Shown piece after piece: positions 54,133 through 64,000 of a stretch of 64,000 bases of DNA. The notes beneath the pieces were generated by a model, which ran no database searches, had not been told where the DNA came from, and saw only the letters and a list, made by a program, of their open reading frames with translations. Each line of letters starts with the position of its first letter. The stretch's first letter is position 1. Location: contig OX597816.1 in NCBI GenBank assembly GCA_951406725.2, forward strand, positions 87,978,001 through 88,042,000, written 5' to 3'. This DNA comes from Octopus vulgaris (lineage: Eukaryota). The translations under genes and the position numbers were made by a program.

Positions 54133-54484
54133 ATGGTTGTATGGTAAGACGCCTGCTTTTCAACCGCATGGTTCCGGGTTCAGTCCCACAGCATGACTCT
54201 TTAGGAAAGTGTCTTCTACTATAGCCTGGGACCTACCAAGGCCGTGTGACTGGAGTGGATATATCTATGTATGTGTGTTTCTGTGTCTGCGTTTGTCCCC
54301 CACCACCGCTTGACAGCCGGTGTTGGTGTGTTTACCTCCTCGTAAATTAGCGGTTCGGCAAAAAGAGATCAATAGAATAAGTACTAGGCTTCAAAAAATA
54401 AGTTCAGGGTCGATTTGTTCGACTAAACCCCTTCAAGTCGCACCCCAGCATGGCTGCATTCGAATGACTGAAACAAGTAAAAGA
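54133..54484 (+). mobile_element. SINE family B
   Basis: ggttccgggttcagtccc...gaataagtactaggctt...gactgaaacaagtaaaaga. Confidence 0.85.
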
Positions 54485-54642
54485 AAAAAAATGTAAGATA
54501 TGTATGTATGTATATCTATCTATCTATGTATATATATATAGTGCAAATCAAACATAAAAATAAAAACAACAAAAGACAAAAGGACGTACACAGTGAATGT
54601 AATAAGCTGACGCTCACTTTAAGATGGAAAAAAGTGCGGTTG

Positions 54643-54670
54643 TTACGTTTCGACCATGGCTCTTCGTCGG
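54643..54670 (-). ncRNA. Minimal hammerhead-like motif (PLE pLTR type), degenerate
   Basis: CCGACGA A GAGC cat GGTC GAAA CGTAA. Confidence 0.45.
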
Positions 54671-55629
54671 AAAAAGGTAAGGTCCGGAGAGAAGGGTAAG
54701 AATAGTCCGAGAAAAGCACGTGTTGTTGCATGCCTGAAGGCACGTACACACACACATACATACAGGTAATATATATTCTTGTGTCATCTGTGGCAAATAT
54801 GTGATCTAGTTTGCAGTATTTATTATATCTCTAAATGAGCCTACTTTGAAACTTATAATGGAACGCTTCTTCAAGAATTACCCACCAATCTTAAAGTATA
54901 GTGAGTGTAGAAGTATATTCTTTGTGATTTTTCGTTAGAATACTGCATTTCTTTTTCTAATAGATTTAGTTCTTATAATTAGTAGATCGTTTCATCCTTT
55001 CGGGGTCGATAAATTAAGTACCAGTGAAACACTGGGATCGATGTAATCGACTTGCCCTCTCCAAAGAAATCTGAGGCCTTGTGTCTCCAGTAGAAAGGAT
55101 TATTAGTACGACCACATTAACAGTCAATCTCGGTTACTACATTGTTATTCTGCTTCGAAGTGTAATGAACAACAGATTTTTACATCTTTTTCTTCCTCGA
55201 ATTATTGGATAGTTTTTGCCAATTTAGAAGCTATGCGCTTATTTTTAAACCATATTTTTGCGGTAAGTAAAAACATAAAAATAAAAATAAATGAAATAAA
55301 AAAAAAAAACTCACATATTCTCCCAACGAAATGCGAGACAGGAGTTCAAAATCCAACAAGTTATTTTACATTTACATATGTTATTAATGCGTTTAAGAAA
55401 AGGGGAATGATTAATGAAATATATGACATCCTAGTCTTCTCCCACTTATAACATAAACACCACTTTTTAAATTAAAAGCATCCAATGATGTTCTTTTCAT
55501 TTCTTCTGATCAACATAAACCAGAAAATAACCCCTGAACGCTTAAAAGTGTTATTCCATTTCGACCCTTGTTTACGTTTGCTTACCCCTCCCCTAAGTCA
55601 AAAAAGAAAAAAAAGAGGGAAAAAATATA

Positions 55630-56064
55630 GGATTCATATGTTGCTTAGCGACGAACTGTTAAGGGATTCGGCGGAATGGAACATAAAGTGTATTGGAACT
55701 AAAGGGTATGATAACGTGGAGGAACATCACTTGTGTGTAATACCAGATAAGAAGCAGGAGGGAAAATACAAGAGTATATGGTTGGATTTTATTGTTGGGA
55801 GGTAGACTGCAGCTGGAGGTCATTCCAAGACTTTACTACGTACGATAGGTGGTTAGAGGAAACAGGTATCGATGTGTTGGAAGGTTCAGGATTTAAAAAG
55901 TAGAGAATGAGGCCACTCGTAAGTGGGGTGAATGGTTCCATTTCCATTTTTCATATTCATGTCTTCATACATTATAATATTCATTTCTATTTTTTATATA
56001 TGTTTTATGTCCTACATGATTTGTTTTGCCACCTCTATGTTAGCCCGCATGGGTAATAAAAAAA
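55630..56064 (+). mobile_element. ORF1 element copy 3: C-terminal domain, 3' UTR and tail
   Basis: SDELLRDSAEW...HHLCVI parallels EDELIERVTEW...EHTCLL; 3' UTR and tgttagcccgcatgggtaataaa align with the reverse complement of 35447-35605. Confidence 0.65.
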
Positions 56065-56387
56065 CAGATCCTTGTTTTCGTTTCCTTATATTCTTCTGAA
56101 AAAAAAAAAAAGGATCATTATTTAGTATCTCCCTATCTATTTTAGGATACAAAATATTGTAGAGCAAATTAAACGTATATTCCATATTTGATTATGCTAA
56201 TCTTAAGGCAGCCATTTAAATCTACATACATTGATTTTGCATTTCCCAAAATTTGAAGAATCTTTTTATCTTACATTAATACTCAAAAATATGACTTTCG
56301 AAATGAAGGATTAAAATATTTTAGGAGAAACTGATGGAGAATCAAAACGAAAGCAATAATTCCTGTTTTTGCTACATTATATAGCGT

Positions 56388-56885
56388 TAAGGCGGCAAGC
56401 AGGTAGATTCGTAAACAGCATTACGTCCGTCTTTACATTCTTAGTTCAAATTCTGCCGAGGTCGACTTTGCCTTTCATCTCTTACAGAATCGATAAAATA
56501 AGTACCAGTCACGCGCTGAGGTCAATGTTATCGGCTTATCTTCCACCCCACCAAATTCAGGCCTCGTGCATATAACAGAAAGAATTATATTGTTGAGCGG
56601 TTAAGGCGGCGGGCTGGCAAAATTGTTAGCATGGCCGAATGCTTTGCGCCAACTCTTTCATCCTTTTGGGGTCGATAAAATAAGTACGACTTGCGCACTG
56701 GGGTCGATGCCATTGACTAACTCCCTCTGCAAAATTTCAGGGCTTGTGGTTATAGTAGAAAGGATAATATCTTAGAGTACTGAGCTGGCAGAATATTCAG
56801 AGTATTGAAACATGTGTAGTATTTGTTCTGGCGCTCTATGTTCCGGGTTCACATCCTGCCGAGGTCAACTTCACCTTTTACCCCT
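56388..56885 (+). mobile_element. Cluster of three diverged SINE family A copies
   Basis: Heads near 56388, 56603 and 56780; first two carry tail-2. Confidence 0.75.
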
Positions 56886-58234
56886 TTGCGTGTGTTGGAG
56901 TGAGCCGATCTCGGCAATTATCTAGTAACCTATTTTACGAAGCTCGAAATGATACATTGCCCACCGCGTAATTCGAGCTCGGAAAGCAAAGAACTGAAAC
57001 AAATACCCTATAGTCATGTTCCTCATAACAAGACTATTAATCTTAATGCTTTAACAAAGAAGCACAGAAACAATGTGTCGATGTTGTGTATCTCAGATTC
57101 AGAAGACTTCATGATCAAAGAATTTTTTCTGCAGTAACAATTTACTTTTCGTTTTGTATATCTGGGATTACTTTGTCCAGTATGTTTTACCTATGTTAAA
57201 ACGGTAGGGTGTAGCGCCTGGGAATTTGGCTGCTACATCTAGCAAATTGAGCGACCACATCGAGACTTCTTCGTTGGCTCAATGAGAATGATATATTTTT
57301 ATTGATGTACAAATATAGTGAAATATATCCAATAACTATATTATTGATAGTTTTTCATTTTTATCACTTTATCGTTTTATCGAATCCGAAAATATGAAGC
57401 GGAATTGTTGACACTGGTAAGATTTGAACTTTGAACATTAAAAAACGGAAACACAAACACAAAATATATATGCTATGGCAAATATACTATAAATCCTTTA
57501 GTCTGGTGATACATCGATTCCGCCAACTTACTGTTATCATTATAATTTCCTTTGACGAAGCACCAGGCAAATGTTTGCAATGAAGAGCTTTAGTCGATTG
57601 AATCTACTCAAAATGTATAACTGGCACTTATTTTACCGATGAACAGAACAGAGTGGGTACACAACTTTTAGGGTCTTTTAATCATAGATATGAAGGCAAA
57701 ATACTGACTAATTCAATAATGAATTTACAGAGACTTTACTGTTTCTGATTCCCCTATTTAGCGACAGAAGCAGTCTTTATCTCCAGCTTAACTTAGATGT
57801 GTTAAAACACAGACTAATAGATTGTTTACCTTGAGAGGACCTCCCATATGGACCCGTGATGTGTAAAAGCATTTGTATTTATATTGTTGACGGACGAGAA
57901 CTGTCTGCTACGGCCGCAGGAACTGCTGATTATATATATATATATATATATATAATACAGTGTACATTTAAACACACGAGGAATCCACTCGTGGGATTCA
58001 ACACGCTGGAAAGCACAGCTAGGTTCTATAACCACAAAAATTAGGGATAAAATTCGACAGGAACGAAATGAAAAATAAAAACATTTGACCATCTAGTTTC
58101 CTGGACCAATTGGTTTCTGATTTTAGTTTAGCAAGTAAATGAATTACATATACTCGCTAGGTGAAATCGTCTTCAGCAGGAACACCTAGGGTTAAACGTA
58201 TAAACACGAGGTGATCAAATTATGTGCCTCTTGG

Positions 58235-58267
<33 letters not shown>

Positions 58268-59193
58268 AAGTTAGTAAGAAATCTCCGTTTCCAGTTAGTG
58301 AATTTGCGTGTAAGAATGTGAAGATTCTACAGTTGTACGTGTATCCTTAACACAGTTCTCAGGCATAAAGCGCGTGTGACAAAATGTCAAAAGTTTGAAA
58401 TTTCTGAATTATTTGTTCAATTCATCAATCAGGTTATCACAATTTTCGTCTACCTTCTTACACTTTGAAGGCTTGGGTCGACTCAAGCCAATGTTAAATG
58501 AAACATATGCCTGAGATGTAAGGCGATGGGATTGAGCCTAGAACCTTCTGATTGCAAAGCGAACTATTTAACCATGCTGCATACATTATCGTAGTATATT
58601 TCATTAAGAACACAATCGCTGATGTTAATGGCTCAGAGATGCCATTCGCATGAAATGCGCGATATGTAAAAGGCATAAGCTCAATGAATAATGTTGATTT
58701 TATAATTTCGTCAAGTATGGGTGAAAACTTCGACCTTGTTTTGGGCTTATTAGTCCTCCTCAGAGAAAAACTTAGAAATATTGATTGCTATAGTTTTCAG
58801 AGAAGTGGGATGCAATATCCATTTCATTTTACTTACACAGTGCATGGTTTGAAATTCATGAAATCATACATCAAAAGAGCATGTACAATATCAAGGGTGG
58901 TATTAGTGATTGTAAAGAGTCATGACACGGACAGGAAATGTTAACATGGTTTTGGATTTTGTAAAGTCACGTGTGTAATAAATTTCAAAATCTATTCGAA
59001 AACACCAAGAATATTGTTGAGATAAAAACAAAAGCGGTGAATAGGCAAAGTTGTCTGGACTTGTTTGCCTATTAAATGAACACTAATTGTTGATGTAAAT
59101 TGACGACAGAATTGTGAAAAATTAGCATATTAAAAAAATAGATTAGAAAGATTAATTACTTAGAGAATTAGCTCGATGGTATTACTAGTACTC

Positions 59194-59336
59194 GGAGTGG
59201 TTGGTGTTAGGAAGGGCATCCATCTGTAGAAACTTTGGTAGATCGGGTTGGAGCCTGGTGCAGCTTTCTGGCTTGCCAGCCCTTAGGCAAACCGTCCAAC
59301 CCATGCCAGCATGGAAAGCGGACGTTAAACGACGAT
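59194..59336 (+). mobile_element. 3' end of an RTE-like retroposon with (ATT)n tail
   Basis: gttaggaagggcatcca...ccaacccatgccagcatggaaagcggacgttaaacga(tta)n; family assignment by recall. Confidence 0.55.
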
Positions 59337-59353
59337 TATTATTATTATTATTA

Positions 59354-59414
<61 letters not shown>

Positions 59415-60059
59415 CGGTTAGAAATTGAGTTCAAAATCAAAGGACATGTGAAGAGAGCAAGATATAAGATATTTCTGATACGTCACATGTTCGTAACTAG
59501 TTCTTCTTTTTTCTTTATTAACCTCAAAATTTCTACGTATTTGAGAAAATCTGAAATAGAAATATGACATCATCGACTTTACCCCAGAGTTTTGAAAACG
59601 AAAACGACATAGATCTATTTTAATCGCGAATTTGAAACAGGAATGTCGGTTTTCGCTCTCCTCGAGGAGGTTATCTGCAGGCGTGCTCTGTTCTCCGGCG
59701 ACATACAAACAAGAATCACAAATTGTTTTCAATTTCATTCTTCTATTTCTGCACAACATATCTACCATCTATCATATACCTAGATCCCCTCAGGTAGAAG
59801 CTGTCCGGACACTCGCCATAACAGCAAAATATACCAGACAGAAAGTACTATATATATATATATAGTACTTTAGTAGATAGATATATACAAACGCACACAC
59901 ATATATATATATAGAGAGAAAGAGTGAGAGAGAGATATGAGAGAGACGTATGTATATATATATATATATATACATACATACATACATCTCTCTCTCAATA
60001 TATATATATGGGTATATATATACGCATATGTCTCTATATATACACATATATATGTACAC

Positions 60060-60095
<36 letters not shown>

Positions 60096-60506
60096 GTACA
60101 TGTGTACATACATTACACACACACATATGTATATACGTATATACACACATATGTGTGTGTATGTATACACACACGCATATATACACACACTCACACACAC
60201 ATATGTAAAACCATTACAATTAAATATCATAGATATGAGATATAATAGAAAAGTCTTAATCAAACAAGAATAACAATAACAACAACAACAATGATACACA
60301 CTTCTATTTCCTGATGACGAAATGCTACAGAGCGTAACTGATGAATTGGACAGTAAACAGAAAATATGATGTGATGCTTGCACCATATCTCCCAATGGAT
60401 AACAGTTTTACAATACAAGGCACTGGTGCAGACAGATATCAGTGAAAGACCAAGAGAGAGCTGGAAAGGGAGCGTTGTATAAGTTGATAGATGGATAGAA
60501 CAGAGA

Positions 60507-60548
<42 letters not shown>

Positions 60549-60711
60549 AAAGAGCAAAGAGAGTGAGAGAGAAAGACCCTGTGTGGGAAAGAAAATGACG
60601 AGAAAGGGAATATATATATGTATATATATATATGAGTAAAAAGGGGAAGTGCATTAATGGAGGTTAGAAAGAGAAGATGGCGTAGAAATATATATATTTC
60701 TACGCCACCGT

Positions 60712-60745
<34 letters not shown>

Positions 60746-61376
60746 CATATATATATTTATATATTTATATATTTATGTATATAAATATTCATATATATAA
60801 ATATATATATATATATGTATGTATGTATGTATGTATTTCTACTTCACCTACACACACACACACACATATATTTATAAGCAAATGTATATATGAGAAATAA
60901 CAGGAAAGACAAATGAGAGATAGATGGACGAAGTAAAGGTGTGAGTGAGAGATAGTGAGGGAGTGGGAGAAGAAAATCATAATTCACTAGATTAAAAAAT
61001 ATCTAGAATAGAATTGCTACAATAGAGGGAAACGCAATTCAATCGGTTTCTCAGAGTGGTGGAAGGACAGTGCGAAACTATCGTGTTTCAAAATTTTGTT
61101 GTAAAGAGTTCGAGCCATCCTACTAGCGTGTGTCGTGATTATATATACGTGTATATAGGGAAGGAGATATGAAATAGAATGACTGAAGGGAAATAACTTA
61201 GAATGGCCAGTGGCATGGAGTTGGATAACAAGATGAATCATAGACGATAAATTCTTGATTTATTGACACCGTTTTCGCCTTAAGAGAACGGCAAACAATT
61301 AAGAAACCGTAACTGCCGCTGAGTGAGAAAGGGGAGATAATCTCAAGCCATAAAAACATCTCTGCAATGAAAATAC

Positions 61377-61630
61377 ATATTTCTTTACTACCCACAATGG
61401 GCAATGAAAATACTTATTTCTTTACTACCCACAGAGAGGACAAACAAGGACAGGCAAACGGATTAAGTCGATTATATCGACCCCCAGTAACTGGTACTTA
61501 TTTAATCGACCCCGAAAGGATGAAAGGCAAAGTCGACCTCGGCGGAATTTGAACTCAGAACGTAGCCGCAGACGAATTACTGCTAAGCATTTTTCCCGGC
61601 GTGCTAACGATTCTGTCAGCTCGCCGCGTT
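61377..61630 (-). mobile_element. SINE family A, tail-1, with duplicated tail and triplicated target sequence
   Basis: gcaatgaaaatac at 61364, 61401 and 61632; tail atttctttactacccaca twice. Confidence 0.9.
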
Positions 61631-62350
61631 TGCAATGAAAATACCATTAAGGTGAAAACATTCGTATGGCAGGGCTTTGGAAACAACAGGATATCTATTA
61701 TATGAAAGTATGTTTCTACCTAAATGTGCGCCATCAGCACAATATTGCCTTACTTTTCCCTACCTACCTCCTATTCTTACAAACTTGGAAAATGGTATAA
61801 CACCCAGCGTACGAAAATCATTCGCAGCCAACAAAGAATCTTCTAGGTAGTTATTCGAACAGCTAGTAATAGCAACAGAATCTTCCTGAAATCATATCTT
61901 TCAAAAAATATAGCATACTTGATTAGATACAGTGTTTCAATATAAGTCAGGATAATTATGACAATTTTAAGTCATACATACACTTAATATTTACTGATCT
62001 AGATAAGCGGCGATAGACAGAACAGGATTTAGCAAAAAAAAAAAAAAGGTTCAGAATTCACAAAAGATTATAGACTATGTTAAAGAATAAAACGGGTGAG
62101 AATTAAGGTTTAGGGATAGTTTTTAAAGAATATCTAATTCTGATTTTGTTTAGCTCCATGTCAGTTTTGAAGAAAGAGCAGACATATTACTCAAAAGCAT
62201 TCTACTCACGACCATCCTCTTTTATATAGCTTAGATTAACTAGTCTAATGCAAAACAGTAGCGTTAGATTAACTGGTGTCAGGGAAAGTTTAAATTTAAA
62301 TATCTCTCTGAAAGAGCAAATTTTGCACAGGTCACAGATATTTAATCCAT

Positions 62351-62415
<65 letters not shown>

Positions 62416-62419
62416 CAAC

Positions 62420-62760
62420 ATTTCGGTGCTCAATAACTCAATGACCGCATCTTAACGACTCCATGGCTCAACAACTTCCCGGTTCTTGAACTTCATCATC
62501 CCATAACTTCCCGTCTCAATTGCTCCACGGCTCAACAAATCCACGGTTCAAGAAACCAACTTTTCAACACCTCAGTGACTCTACAGCCTCACAACACTAC
62601 AACTTCGTGACTGAACACTTTCATAGCACACCACCCCAGCCCGATTCAATAACTGTGCAACGAAGCGACGATACAACTCAACAATTCTATGGTTCAACGA
62701 CTTTCAGAGTCAGCTGATTCGCAACTCAATAACTTATTGATTCTACGATTTCACGACTGC
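62420..62760 (+). repeat. Decayed 8/16-bp periodic minisatellite (ctcaacaa/ctccacgg)
   Basis: Recurring ctccatggctcaacaa, ctccacggctcaacaa, ttctatggttcaacga. Confidence 0.6.
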
Positions 62761-62981
62761 TTGAATCTATTCTTGGATATTGCTCCACTTGTTGGAAATA
62801 ACTTCCAAGTAGCATCTAAATCTTTCACAAATGTTAAAACTTTGAAAATTTTAGAGCTGACAGACAAAGTACTTTAAATGCAAGCTTGGTCTTAATCTTT
62901 TATAGACTTAATGATAGTCACCATCTTTTAAACTAAAACGGCACTATTGATTATTGTAAAAAAATCAACCCAAACAATATA

Positions 62982-63016
62982 GGCGCAGGAGTGGCTCTGT
63001 GGTAAGTAGCTTGCTT
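62982..63016 (+). mobile_element. SINE family B head only
   Basis: ggcgcaggagtggctctgtggtaagtagcttgctt then abrupt loss of similarity. Confidence 0.8.
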
Positions 63017-64000
63017 GCTACTAAGTTGTTGACTCGTATTTTCTACGCTGAGAAAGTAACCTCGTTTGACGTTGAAAAATTGAACGTTTGAAGTACGACC
63101 ACAGATAGGGCATTTGTTTTTTTGGGAGCACAGTGGGATCTGTTGTCCGTATTGTTTATTATTTTTTCGAACAAAGGTCTCCACTGGGTTCCAGGCATTT
63201 GTCTGCCTGTGGTCGTAAAAATGACTCACTTTTTAGTGAGAATTGTGTATGTACTCGGGAGGCGTTTCCCTTCGAAAATTTATCATTTTATGTGACTGTG
63301 TGCACTTCGTGGATTTTACCATTTGGAGTACAACCAGAATTGGAGGAATTTCTTTGCTACTATTTTTGTGCTGCAAGGGATTTTTAACTGTGCCACAAAA
63401 GATTACCAAAGTTGAATTTTGTTGCCATTTGAACTGTGTTCCTTCGTTCTTTATCTCTTGTCTGTCTTTCTGCTCTGTTTTGTGTTTGCATGAGAGACTT
63501 TTATTTGAACATTTTTGATTTTGTTGTGAACTTCTATATTTTAGTTTATTTTATCAATGGCAACCAAATGTAAGAAAGCCTTGGAGTGGCAAATTGTGGC
63601 TCCCAAGGAGTGGCTAAAAAACTATGGTGAGAGAATGGTGGTATTGCGGACCTATTGCAAGGTCCGTGACACCATCTGACTGAAATTGAAGAAGAGTTGG
63701 CAGGGTTTGTGCCAACCTATTCATCCGTAGGGGTGCAAAGTACGCAACGGTGTGCGTGCTTTTCGATAACCCTACGGAGGCTCAGAAATTTGCGAGCCAA
63801 CCTATTGGTGGGAGGAAGACTTTGTTTCTCTCCACTCATGGTGGGCGTAAATTGACAAGAGCCTGGGTGTGTGGGCTGCCGCCCAGTACAGAGGCTAAAT
63901 GGATAGAATATTCTATCCGTCGAGGCCTGGGTAGTGGCCCTGACAGGCTCTTGAATGTAAAAATACTGCCTGCGGTCGATTGGGTCGAGTCAAAAGCAAT
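63017..64000 (+). mobile_element. ORF1 element copy 4: putative 5' UTR and N-terminal ORF1 (ATG 63557), running off the window
   Basis: MVVLRTY and, after a disruption, RGAKYATVCVLF..AQKFASQP...LSTHGGRKLTRAWVCGLPP...W align with copies 1 and 2; not in the ORF track. Confidence 0.7.

Noticed and set aside
60305-60365. ctgatgacgaaa / ctgatga hammerhead-like words
   Set aside because: No helix II or convincing flanking helices.

Overview
AT-rich, microsatellite-dense eukaryotic intergenic/intronic DNA. The SINE repertoire resembles octopus (coleoid cephalopod) genomes; this is recall, not verified. No host protein-coding gene can be supported, and most ORF-track entries are microsatellite translations. 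The window is almost entirely transposable-element debris: one full-length Tc1-type element with an open DD36E transposase ORF, decayed mariner, maT (DD37D) and pogo-like elements, a decayed Ty3/gypsy pol, two non-autonomous Helitrons, five 3' fragments of RLE (R4/Dong-like) LINEs, Penelope-like remnants and at least three SINE families. Main observations: (1) four very divergent copies of an apparently ORF1-only (RRM-like + CCHC) retroelement whose 3' hairpin-AATAAA tail matches the tail of the commonest SINE; (2) a 350-bp unit carrying a near-canonical type I hammerhead ribozyme, with a circularly permuted inverted copy (retrozyme-like); (3) a recent inversion flanked by a 472-bp near-perfect inverted duplication. 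All coordinates and alignments were made by eye.
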